64,000 bases of DNA, taken from positions 51,139 to 115,138 of the forward strand of contig CAYJLA010000001.1 in assembly GCA_964371305.1 (NCBI GenBank), read 5' to 3'. The notes under the pieces were generated by a model that had not been told where the DNA came from, did no database searches, and saw only the letters and a list, made by a program, of their open reading frames with translations. This document shows positions 19,477 through 28,348 of the stretch, piece by piece. This DNA is from an uncultured Staphylococcaceae bacterium. GTDB lineage: Bacteria > Bacillota_I > Bacilli_A > RFN20 > CAG-826. A program made the position numbers and the translations under genes. Every line of letters starts with the position of its first letter. The stretch's first letter is position 1.

Positions 19477-19504
19477 AAAAAAGATGCCAAATGGCATCTT
19501 TTTA
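19477..19504. terminator. Bidirectional terminator hairpin (AGATGCC-aaat-GGCATCT) flanked by A/T tracts
   Basis: Between the convergent lipoprotein (+) and metG (-). Overlaps the metG stop codon. Confidence 0.6.
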
Positions 19505-21091
19505 TTTAGACACTAATAAACTTTTTACGTATTCAATTTCTACAGTTTCATCTAACCTTGGAAACAACGGTTCCTTTTTTACAGTTTGGATGTTATTGAA
19601 TTCTTTAAATAGCTTTATAAACTTATAATCTCTCTTTTCACCATCTATACCTAATTGATCAAGTAATTCATCAGATTTAAATATAAGGACAGGTTTAAGC
19701 ATTATCGCACTAACATATAAAATATTTGAAAGTCTAAACATAACTGACTTTAAGTTGTTTTGGGTAGACTCCTCTTTTGCAAGTGTCCAAGGAGTAGTTT
19801 CTTCGATATACTTATTGCCTCTTGAAAGTAGTTCCATAACTTTTATAAAAGCTTCTGTAATTCTTAAATCATCTAAATTATCTTCATATTGACTGATTGT
19901 ATCATTTATCATGTCATCTATTTCTTTATCTTGAGTATTTATTGGTTCAATATAGCTAGGAATAACGCCATCAAAATATTTAGCCATCATAGAAACAGTT
20001 CTATTTAGTAAATTACCTAAATTATTAACTAAGTCCATATTAATTCTTTCAACGAATTGTTCTGGCGTAAATTGTCCTTCGTGACCAAAAACCACTTCCC
20101 TAGCAAGGTAATATCTAACTGCATCAACGCCATATTTTTCAACAAGAGGATAAGGTGAAATAACATTGCCTTTTGATTTGGACATTTTCCCATCTTTCAT
20201 CATTATTAAACCATGAACAAATTCTCTATCAGGCAACCTAAGTCCAAGCGATGTTAAAAACATTGGCCAGTATATCGCGTGGAATCTTGAAATTTCAGAT
20301 CCTAATACGTGAATTATTTCACTTTCAGGATCTTCCCAAAATTTCTTGAACAAAGAGTCATCTTCGCTATTATAACCTAATGCACTTATGTAGTTAGTTA
20401 ATGCATCGAGCCATACATACATTACATGTCTATTATTTTCTAAAACAGGAACACCCCAATCAGTACTTGTTCTAGTAACGCTTAAGTCGTTCAGTCCAGG
20501 TTTTATGAAAGTATTAATCATTTCGTTCTTACGTGATTCTGGATAACAAAAATGAGGATTTTCGTTATATAACTTCAAAACATCATCAACATATTTTTTA
20601 CACTTAAAAAAATAACTTTCTTCTGTAGCTTTTTGTACTGGCCTTCCACAATCTGGACAAACATAGTTGCCGTTTAATTGAGTTTCGGTCCAAAAAGATT
20701 CACACGGAGTGCAATACCATCCTTCATATGAACCAAGATAAATATCACCTTTATCTAACATTTTTGTAAAGACGTGCTGTACAGTTTTTACATGTTGAGG
20801 ATTTGTAGTTCTAATAAAACCATCATTAGATATATCCATCAACTTCCAAAGATCCAAGAACTTATTGGCAGTCATATCAACATACTCTTGTGGAGTGACA
20901 TTATTTTTTAATGCTACTTCTTTAACTTTTTGACCATGTTCATCCATACCAGTAAGAAAGTATGTTTCAAAACCTCTTAGTCTTTTGTAGCGTGCAAAAA
21001 TATCACACATAGTTGTACAATATGCATGCCCAATATGAGCGTTTCCACTAGCGTAATAAATTGGTGTTGTGATATAAAACCTTTTTTTCAT
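19502..21091 (-). CDS. metG: Methionyl-tRNA synthetase (short form)
   Basis: HIGH-type motif GNAHIGHAY, KMSKS (GKMSKSKGNV), zinc knuckle CPDCG. 529 aa. Confidence 0.9.
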   Translation of the reverse strand: MKKRFYITTPIYYASGNAHIGHAYCTTMCDIFARYKRLRGFETYFLTGMDEHGQKVKEVALKNNVTPQEYVDMTANKFLDLWKLMDISNDGFIRTTNPQHVKTVQHVFTKMLDKGDIYLGSYEGWYCTPCESFWTETQLNGNYVCPDCGRPVQKATEESYFFKCKKYVDDVLKLYNENPHFCYPESRKNEMINTFIKPGLNDLSVTRTSTDWGVPVLENNRHVMYVWLDALTNYISALGYNSEDDSLFKKFWEDPESEIIHVLGSEISRFHAIYWPMFLTSLGLRLPDREFVHGLIMMKDGKMSKSKGNVISPYPLVEKYGVDAVRYYLAREVVFGHEGQFTPEQFVERINMDLVNNLGNLLNRTVSMMAKYFDGVIPSYIEPINTQDKEIDDMINDTISQYEDNLDDLRITEAFIKVMELLSRGNKYIEETTPWTLAKEESTQNNLKSVMFRLSNILYVSAIMLKPVLIFKSDELLDQLGIDGEKRDYKFIKLFKEFNNIQTVKKEPLFPRLDETVEIEYVKSLLVSK

Positions 21092-21108
21092 ATATTTACC
21101 TCGTCAAA

Positions 21109-21136
21109 ATAAAAAACCGCATTAAGCGGTTTTAAA
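21109..21136. terminator. Terminator hairpin (AACCGC-attaa-GCGGTT) with flanking A/T tracts, downstream of rpmE
   Basis: Stem-loop followed on the minus strand by a T-tract. About 50 nt separate rpmE and metG. Confidence 0.6.
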
Positions 21137-21142
21137 TAATAC

Positions 21143-21349
21143 TTATTTTTTAATTCCGTATTTTTTGTTGAATTTATCAACACGTCCGTCCGCTTGAACG
21201 AAACGTTGTTTACCAGTATAGAATGGATGACAATTTGAACATGTATCAACTTTAATTTCTTTTAAAACTGAACCTGTTTCGAATTTAGCACCACATGATA
21301 CACATGTGACTTCACATGGTTGGTAATTTGGATGTACACCTTTTTTCAT
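21143..21349 (-). CDS. rpmE: 50S ribosomal protein L31
   Basis: [11 protein letters not shown].. with CxxC...CxxC zinc ribbon. 68 aa. Confidence 0.9.
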   Translation of the reverse strand: MKKGVHPNYQPCEVTCVSCGAKFETGSVLKEIKVDTCSNCHPFYTGKQRFVQADGRVDKFNKKYGIKK

Positions 21350-21495
21350 AATTAATTCCTCCAGCCTTGGATCTTTTTAGTCCAAAGAAAGTATGCCTAA
21401 TTATGATATATTACTTTGTAATGCTTGTCAACTATTTACAATAAAAGAAAAACCGCTAAGCATTATACTTAACGGTTCTAGATTTAATTAATATC

Positions 21496-21735
21496 TTATA
21501 TGTTGATAATACGTAAGATTCTACCTTGTAAAATCATTAAAACAAGATCAGCGATCCAAACGATGTTCCAACCAAGGAAAAATCTTAAAAGAGCCGCTAC
21601 AATTTTACCATCTCTAATTCTTGTGAATACACCTAAGAATAAAGCTGTTACAGGAATAATTGCTAAAATAATACTTGCAGTTCTTCCAATACCAAAGTAG
21701 TCATGACCTCTAGTTCTAGTTTTTCTTTTTGCCAT
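21496..21735 (-). CDS. Small two-TM membrane protein (79 aa), TM2/YqaE-like
   Basis: ATG at 21735 is preceded by GGAGGA; the track's extension to 21750 relies on a TTG. Basic N-terminus, two hydrophobic helices with a LLRFFLGWNIVWIADLV motif. An imperfect hairpin at about 21450-21478 lies downstream. Confidence 0.5.
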   Translation of the reverse strand: MAKRKTRTRGHDYFGIGRTASIILAIIPVTALFLGVFTRIRDGKIVAALLRFFLGWNIVWIADLVLMILQGRILRIINI

Positions 21736-21826
21736 TTTATTGTCCTCCAATTAACTATTAAAAATATACCACACAAAAATATATATTTAAACACAAATGT
21801 TGCCAGCGATACAATTAACGAAAGAA

Positions 21827-22558
21827 TTACATGATTGGAAAATTATATATTTCTCCTTCAATTTCGATACCAAATTCGTTAAAAGTTGTAGAAAGCGTTT
21901 CATTACTGCTGCTGTTTTGAATAAAATGCGAAAACACTCCTTCATTTAACGTAAAATTAACATCTACATCATTATTCTCTTCATTAAACATGTAACTTGT
22001 TTGTATATCAACTTCAAAAATTTCATCATCTTTTTGGATAATACTTTTAAAAATTGTTTGTTCATCATCAAACGTAATTAAAATATCATTTAATATATCC
22101 TCATTATATGAAATCACATTATCTGCCTCAGCGCTTAGTTCAACTATAAAACTTTCTATTTCTGTTTCACTTAGTTGTTCTTTAATTAAACTTCCACTAA
22201 CGAGGTCTTCTTCGATATTATAATAAACTTCTTCGTTTTTTAAAGTCCAAGACTTTCTTTCGCTCAATAGCATACTGTTTTCATCTTCAATTTTGATATA
22301 TTTATATAAATATTCTTCGTCTAAGTTAACATAAGTCTCTATTGAACGAGTAATGATTTCGTCATCTACTATATCTATAATTTTTTGTTCTATTTTTACT
22401 GCATTAATCTCGATAGTTTTTGACAAATAATTTTCGACCAAAACACGGAATTCCAAATCACTCAAATAAATTGTGCTATCAGTTAATTCACTGCTAGGTT
22501 TGCCACAAGATGAAATAATTAATGGCAATAAGAATAAAAATAGCAATTTGGTTTTCAT
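21827..22558 (-). CDS. Acidic lipoprotein (243 aa), paralogue of 18738-19472
   Basis: Lipobox LIISSCG. Shared YVNxxEEYLY block. Confidence 0.6.
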   Translation of the reverse strand: MKTKLLFLFLLPLIISSCGKPSSELTDSTIYLSDLEFRVLVENYLSKTIEINAVKIEQKIIDIVDDEIITRSIETYVNLDEEYLYKYIKIEDENSMLLSERKSWTLKNEEVYYNIEEDLVSGSLIKEQLSETEIESFIVELSAEADNVISYNEDILNDILITFDDEQTIFKSIIQKDDEIFEVDIQTSYMFNEENNDVDVNFTLNEGVFSHFIQNSSSNETLSTTFNEFGIEIEGEIYNFPIM

Positions 22559-22567
22559 ATTATTTCC

Positions 22568-24142
22568 TTACCTATCTACTAATTCAACATATGCGTATCT
22601 AGTATAAACGTTTGTTGTAACTCGTATACTTGATCCATGAGAGTTTTTTACATATAAATAAATAGTCTTTTGACGCGAACGCACTAGACCACTAGGACAA
22701 TAGTTCCAATATCCGTCTCCTTGATCAACAAACCAATCGATTATTCCTCCACTTCGTGAATAATTCATAGTTATTCCAGTAGTTTCTCTTGATAATGGAT
22801 TAGTAGTTGTTAAAACATATTCTTCATAAACTCTATCTGCAATAGTAGACAACTTATCTCGATATACTGAGTTTAATCTATAATACACATCAAAACCTTG
22901 GTATTGTCCTATTCGTTCTATTGCGCTAATCGGCATAAACTGCCATTTTTGCTTTTCATAATCATAAGTAATTGTTTGTGATTTGTTGTATGCATCATTA
23001 AACTTGATAATAATATCCGACTTATTGTATGTCGTTTTAATTTTATTATAGAAATTACTAGGATCTAGTATTGGTAAACCAACATATCCATCTTTAGTGT
23101 CTTCAAAGAAACTATTGTAAACATTTTCAAAATCATTAATGACTTCATTTGTAGAAGTTTCTTTTCTATCAATCTCATATACAGCGGCATTATCAAAAAC
23201 CCCTTTTGACACGCCATCATTTGGTACATTGAACAAGTACCAATCCCCCAAATCGCTTTGAATATAATAGTCTCCACCACCTTCAGGATAATTGATAGTA
23301 ACATCTTGGGAATCCTTTGCATTATCACCATAAGCTATAACATATTGATCGTAAATCAAATCCATTTCATCATAAAATGACTTAAGATTTGCCTCTGTTT
23401 GTCTACCGATATCAGCATTAAATACATATTTTGACCACTCTACTTGAACGTTTGCGTTTTCATAGACGTAAATATTATCATATTCTCCGATGTATCTTCC
23501 ACGATGATAAGGATGTTCGTTTTCTGAATCGCTTTCTGGATAAAACAATATATCACGAGGAACAGTAACTGAATTGTAAAATCTACTTGCGTACTCAGTA
23601 CCTTTATATACAAATATCATTTGATATTTTGCGTAATGATCATAATACTCATCTATCCCCAGTGCGGTTGTACTATATCCCCATGAACCAAATTTAGCAT
23701 CATCTAAAGTATCTGTTCTTACACAACCATAGGCTGTTTCAAGCAAGATAGAATTCAAGGTTGCAGCTTCTAAAGTGCTTAATAAACCAACTAAACAACC
23801 ATTATAAACATAGTATTCTTCTAACGCTCCACGTTCCGTTTCTACCCACGTAATTCCATCGTTTCCCAACATGTAATATATTGAGTCTCTTGAAATGACT
23901 GTGTCTTCTTTTGGAATTAAAACCGTTGGTATTCCAGTTGAAATGTTGCCAATATATCCATCTTGAGCGTCGGTTGAATATTCAGTGTACGCTAATTCTA
24001 AATCAAGTTGTAATTCATTGTTTTCGGCGTTTTGAAGCAAAATAGTAAATGTTGGAATAAGTATTCCAGCCAATACACCAATTATTGCAATGACAATTAC
24101 TAGTTCAACTATTGTAAATCCATCTCTGTATATTTTTTTCAT
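22568..24142 (-). CDS. Type IV prepilin-like protein with class III signal peptide and about 490-aa C-terminal domain (giant pseudopilin or adhesin)
   Basis: N-terminus MKKIYRDGFTIVELVIVIAIIGVLAGILIP matches the prepilin peptidase site/N-methylation motif (G|FTLxE plus hydrophobic helix). Tyr/Asp/Gly-rich beta-type C-terminal region. No pilus assembly genes in the window. Confidence 0.6.
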   Translation of the reverse strand: MKKIYRDGFTIVELVIVIAIIGVLAGILIPTFTILLQNAENNELQLDLELAYTEYSTDAQDGYIGNISTGIPTVLIPKEDTVISRDSIYYMLGNDGITWVETERGALEEYYVYNGCLVGLLSTLEAATLNSILLETAYGCVRTDTLDDAKFGSWGYSTTALGIDEYYDHYAKYQMIFVYKGTEYASRFYNSVTVPRDILFYPESDSENEHPYHRGRYIGEYDNIYVYENANVQVEWSKYVFNADIGRQTEANLKSFYDEMDLIYDQYVIAYGDNAKDSQDVTINYPEGGGDYYIQSDLGDWYLFNVPNDGVSKGVFDNAAVYEIDRKETSTNEVINDFENVYNSFFEDTKDGYVGLPILDPSNFYNKIKTTYNKSDIIIKFNDAYNKSQTITYDYEKQKWQFMPISAIERIGQYQGFDVYYRLNSVYRDKLSTIADRVYEEYVLTTTNPLSRETTGITMNYSRSGGIIDWFVDQGDGYWNYCPSGLVRSRQKTIYLYVKNSHGSSIRVTTNVYTRYAYVELVDR

Positions 24143-24194
24143 TTATTCCTCATTTAAATATTTAATTTAAATATACAATTTTATAACACACTTA

Positions 24195-24947
24195 TTAATT
24201 TCTTACAAACTTATTAATCAAATTGACTGACATTTCTTGCTGTTCACTAACACTAATAGTAGCTTCTCCATCGCCTATTTGTTCACCATAATTTCCAAAA
24301 TATGAATGATTGCCACCATCGATTATTTCATATGATGCATTAGGTGGATTGAGTTTTTTTGTATTATTATAAGACTCTAAATTTATTACTTTATCTTCAC
24401 TTCCTACAATTGATAAGACATTTAAGTTGGTATTGCTTAAATCAGTTGATGAATAACTAGCTAAAAATATTGCTCCTGAAAAAGATAAATAGTTACTAGA
24501 TAAATATTCCGACATGAAAACTCCTCCAAGTGAGTGTCCACACATATACCAATTCAATTGTTTGTCTTGAAATTTATTAATAACTTTATCTGCACCATTC
24601 ATATCGAAAAATGCTAAATTGAATGGCATCTCTACAATGATTGTAAGAATATTTTCTTTAGCAAGTAAATGCATTAAAGTAGAATAAGCTTTTGCTTCTA
24701 CCAACCCTCCAGGATAAAAAATAACAGCGTCTTGATAATCCGTTTTTGGTTCAAATATATATAAATTGTCTTCTTTTGAAACACTTACTGTTTCACTTGA
24801 AACTAGCGAATCAACAGCCACTTTGTCAGCTTTATAGTAGTTACCGACATAAATAAAAAAAGCAATTGTTGAAAGTAATACAATTATGGAAAACACAATA
24901 CCGACTACAGTAAGCACTTTAATAACCTTACTCTTCTTTGTCTTCAT
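24195..24947 (-). CDS. Membrane-anchored alpha/beta-hydrolase (serine hydrolase)
   Basis: N-terminal TM helix. Nucleophile elbow GHSLGG. About 250 aa. Overlaps the upstream gene by 20 nt. Confidence 0.65.
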   Translation of the reverse strand: MKTKKSKVIKVLTVVGIVFSIIVLLSTIAFFIYVGNYYKADKVAVDSLVSSETVSVSKEDNLYIFEPKTDYQDAVIFYPGGLVEAKAYSTLMHLLAKENILTIIVEMPFNLAFFDMNGADKVINKFQDKQLNWYMCGHSLGGVFMSEYLSSNYLSFSGAIFLASYSSTDLSNTNLNVLSIVGSEDKVINLESYNNTKKLNPPNASYEIIDGGNHSYFGNYGEQIGDGEATISVSEQQEMSVNLINKFVRN

Positions 24948-25530
24948 ACTTTATTTCCTTATATTCTTTAGTCCATAAAACTTCAGGCACATACAATACT
25001 TCTTTTGAGACATTTGGATTAAACATTATTAAATTAATACCCATTTTAAATTGTGTGAATTGACTACTTCTTACATAAACAAAATGTAAGTATACTATAT
25101 CCTCTCCTGCTAGTTCTTTATTTAATTTAAACATTACTGGTTCAGACAAGTCTTCAGTCAAAAACATCTTTAGTTTTTTATCGTGTGATTTATCACTTGA
25201 ATCAAACTTATAATCGTTTAAATTCTTATTAATTCGTTCATATAAGTGGGGATTTGCAGAGTATTTTATTTGAGGTGAGAATATAATCCACGATGGATAA
25301 TAGTCATCATTATAGTCGTTATTTGACCAGGTTTTGATTGTATATGCATATGTAATGTTCGCTTCCAAAATTAATTTTTTTCTATCAATATAGTTCTTCG
25401 TAAACATTCCAAACATCTTATCTCTTAAGGTATTTTTTCCTTGCAGAAATATTATTTGTTTTTTACTTAAATATGGTTTTCTGTCTTCGTAATGTCTCTT
25501 AACATCATTTAGTATGGCTTCGTATGACAT
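24928..25530 (-). CDS. Hypothetical protein (about 200 aa), first gene of the minus-strand surface-protein operon
   Basis: ATG at 25530 with TATAAT 9 nt upstream (TTGTATAATAAAAATATG) and no SD, possibly leaderless. No recognisable motifs. Confidence 0.4.
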   Translation of the reverse strand: MSYEAILNDVKRHYEDRKPYLSKKQIIFLQGKNTLRDKMFGMFTKNYIDRKKLILEANITYAYTIKTWSNNDYNDDYYPSWIIFSPQIKYSANPHLYERINKNLNDYKFDSSDKSHDKKLKMFLTEDLSEPVMFKLNKELAGEDIVYLHFVYVRSSQFTQFKMGINLIMFNPNVSKEVLYVPEVLWTKEYKEIKYEDKEE

Positions 25531-25594
25531 ATTTTTATTATACAATAAATTGTATCTAGTGTATTATATTTGTATATTTAGAAAGGAGATAAAT

Positions 25595-26989
25595 ATGATT
25601 TCAAAATCTCTAGCATTAGAAGTTTTAAATGTAGGTTTGTCTACTGGGGCTGATTTTGCTGAAATTTATGTCGAAAAAAATAACTCAAACGTAATGAGTT
25701 TAGAAAATGGTAAACTTGATGAAATGTCTAGTGGCATTACTTTTGGCGCAGGCGTACGTCTACTAAAAGAAAATAGATCGGTCTATGGATATTCAAACAA
25801 TTTATCTAAAAAGTCTTTGGTTGAACTTGCTCACAAACTATCGTTGTCGTTTAAAGGTAAGCAAGAATTAAGTGTTGAATCACTTAGAGTAAAAAAGGTG
25901 AAGAACATTTCGCCACTATTAGAACCTTTATCAACTACTCCAGTTGAAAAGAAAATTGGTTTAATAAAACAATATGATGAAATACTTAAATCATACGATG
26001 AAAGAATAGTCAGAAGAGTAGTGACTTTTATTGACTACAAAAAAGATGTAAGTATATTTAACTCAAATGGGTTAATATTCAACGACTCAAAAGAAAGAGG
26101 TAGACTTGCAGTAGTTGCTGTAGCAAGCGAAAATGGTTTAATAGAAACGAGTTTTGAAGGGCCAGGAGCTTCTGCTGGTTTTGAATTTTTTGAAAAACTT
26201 GATAAAAATGATATTGCAACAAGGGTTGCTCGCACTGCTGTTGAAAACTTAACTGCAAAAGAGTGTCCATCTGGTAGAATGCCTGTAATTATTGGAAATG
26301 GTTTTGGCGGCGTTTTATTCCACGAAGCGTGTGGCCATTCACTAGAAGCTACTTCTGTTGCAAAAAATTTATCTGTATTCTCTAACATGGTTGGAGAACA
26401 AATCGCAAGCGAAGTTGTTACTGCGTATGATGATGGAACAATACCTAACGCATGGGGAAGTAATAACATTGATGACGAAGGCAATTTAACTGAAAAGACA
26501 TGTTTGATCAAAAACGGTATCTTAACAAATTATTTAATTGATGATTTCAACGGAAGAAGAATGAACAAAAAAGGTAATGGCGCTACTCGCAGACAATCAT
26601 ATAAATATGAACCAACAAGTAGAATGTCTAATACTTATATCGCAGAAGGCGAAAGTAACTTAGAAGAAATGCTTGCTGCTACTGAATTAGGGTTATATGC
26701 TGCAAGTTTAGGCGGAGGAAGCGTAAACACAAGTACTGGCGAATTTAATTTTGCTGTTAATGAAGGTTATATTGTAAGAAATGGGAAAATTTGTGAACGC
26801 GTTAGAGGTGCTACATTAATTGGAACTGGAAAAGATATTTTGATGAATATCGATATGGTGGGTAAAGATTTATCTAGAGCGCAAGGTATGTGTGGTTCTG
26901 TAAGTGGGTCTATCCCTACCGATGTTGGACAACCAACATTACGTGTAAAAGATATTTTAGTAGGTGGAAACGGAGGAGAATTAAAATGA
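25595..26989 (+). CDS. tldD: TldD metalloprotease (peptidase U62)
   Basis: HExxxH-type motif region HEACGHSLE. About 465 aa. RBS AAAGGAG. Stop overlaps the pmbA start (ATGA). Confidence 0.85.
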   Translation: MISKSLALEVLNVGLSTGADFAEIYVEKNNSNVMSLENGKLDEMSSGITFGAGVRLLKENRSVYGYSNNLSKKSLVELAHKLSLSFKGKQELSVESLRVKKVKNISPLLEPLSTTPVEKKIGLIKQYDEILKSYDERIVRRVVTFIDYKKDVSIFNSNGLIFNDSKERGRLAVVAVASENGLIETSFEGPGASAGFEFFEKLDKNDIATRVARTAVENLTAKECPSGRMPVIIGNGFGGVLFHEACGHSLEATSVAKNLSVFSNMVGEQIASEVVTAYDDGTIPNAWGSNNIDDEGNLTEKTCLIKNGILTNYLIDDFNGRRMNKKGNGATRRQSYKYEPTSRMSNTYIAEGESNLEEMLAATELGLYAASLGGGSVNTSTGEFNFAVNEGYIVRNGKICERVRGATLIGTGKDILMNIDMVGKDLSRAQGMCGSVSGSIPTDVGQPTLRVKDILVGGNGGELK

Positions 26990-28305
26990 ATGTAAATAAA
27001 TTTTTTGAAGTAGCGAAAAATAAAGGTGTTACTGAATCAGAAATTAAAACAAGTAGAAGTTACTCGCTTAGTGTTTCTCTTTTTAGAAGTGAAATTTCCA
27101 ACTATACGTTAAGTGATATTACTAGTATTAATGCACGCGGCATTTATAATGGTCAAATGTCTTCTGTAATGTGTGAACTTGATGATAAGACTACTCCTGC
27201 ATATTTAGTTGAAAAAATTGTTACTAATGCATCTTTATTAGAAAAGGATGTCGTAGCTCCAATATTTAAAGGAAGTAAAAAGTACTTTAAGAAGAAAATT
27301 GATAGTTCCAAAGTTTTTGAACTCCCATTAGATAAAAAGATTGAAAATCTATACGAAATTGAAAGAAAACTAAAAGAGTACGATTCACGCATAGTCGAAA
27401 TTGAACACTTAGTTTATGAAGAAGAAGCAAGTGAATATAAATTAAACAATTCTCACGGTTTAAAACTTGGTCAAAAGGCCGGATACTTTGTTTATTATGC
27501 GTATGTAAAAGTTAAAGAAAATGATGAAGTTAAAACAGGTGGAGATGTATTTGTTTCAAGCAACACAGATGAGTTCAATATTGACTTATTTGTAGAGGAA
27601 GTTGCAAAAGATGCATTAAGCAAACTAGGCGGAACTCAATGTGCTAGCAAAAAATATAATGTCGTTTTAAATAACGATGTTACAGCATCTTTGTTAAGGG
27701 CATATTTATCTAACATGTCAGCTGAACAAGTTCAAAAAGGTTCATCATTATTTATAGGCAAACTTAATCAACAAATCGCCAACAAAAAACTCACTGTAAG
27801 CGAGATGCCACTACTCAAAACTCCATTTTTTAAATATTTCGATGCTGAAGGTGTTGCGTGCACAAACAAGAAAATTGTTGATAAAGGAGTTTTAACTACT
27901 TATGCACACAATATTGAAACTGCAACAAAAGATGGTGTAGAATCAACTGGTAATGCAAGCGGTTCAACTGGTAGCGGAATCTCTCTATCAACACTAGTTG
28001 TAAAACCAGGTAAACTTACTGAAGAAGAGTTATTTGCAAAAGTTGGTAACGGTATTTATATCACTTCTTTAGAAGGGTTACATTCAGGATTAAATGCGCA
28101 ATCTGGACATTTTTCCTTAAAGTGTGAAGGTTTCATGATTGTTGATGGTAAAATTGATCATCCATTAAGTTTGATCACTATTGCCGGCAATTTAAAAGAT
28201 ATATTTGAAAACATTGCTGCTATAGGAAGTAACGCAAAACTGAGATTATCCAATGCAATTACACCATCAATTATGGTTAAAAAAGTTGCTATTTCTGGTA
28301 AGTAA
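26986..28305 (+). CDS. pmbA: PmbA/TldE partner protein of TldD
   Basis: U62-family fold without the HExxxH motif. About 440 aa. Translationally coupled to tldD. The track's upstream extension to 26890 is frame read-through. Confidence 0.8.
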   Translation: MNVNKFFEVAKNKGVTESEIKTSRSYSLSVSLFRSEISNYTLSDITSINARGIYNGQMSSVMCELDDKTTPAYLVEKIVTNASLLEKDVVAPIFKGSKKYFKKKIDSSKVFELPLDKKIENLYEIERKLKEYDSRIVEIEHLVYEEEASEYKLNNSHGLKLGQKAGYFVYYAYVKVKENDEVKTGGDVFVSSNTDEFNIDLFVEEVAKDALSKLGGTQCASKKYNVVLNNDVTASLLRAYLSNMSAEQVQKGSSLFIGKLNQQIANKKLTVSEMPLLKTPFFKYFDAEGVACTNKKIVDKGVLTTYAHNIETATKDGVESTGNASGSTGSGISLSTLVVKPGKLTEEELFAKVGNGIYITSLEGLHSGLNAQSGHFSLKCEGFMIVDGKIDHPLSLITIAGNLKDIFENIAAIGSNAKLRLSNAITPSIMVKKVAISGK

Positions 28306-28312
28306 TAAAAAA

Positions 28313-28344
28313 ATAAAATCGCCCTTATATGGGCGATTTTTTAT
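28313..28344. terminator. Bidirectional terminator hairpin (AAAATCGCCC-ttatat-GGGCGATTTT)
   Basis: Perfect 10-bp stem with A/T tracts on both sides. Between pmbA (+) and the convergent S2P-like gene (-). Confidence 0.75.
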
Positions 28345-28348
28345 TTGT

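Noticed and set aside
21500-21700. Plus-strand 66-aa ORF
   Set aside because: It is antisense to the RBS-supported small membrane protein gene, and its basic, low-complexity translation is typical of a shadow ORF.
26890-26985. N-terminal extension of pmbA proposed by the ORF track (MWFCKW...)
   Set aside because: It overlaps the last 100 nt of tldD in another frame. The ATG at 26986 forms a typical ATGA coupling junction with the tldD stop.
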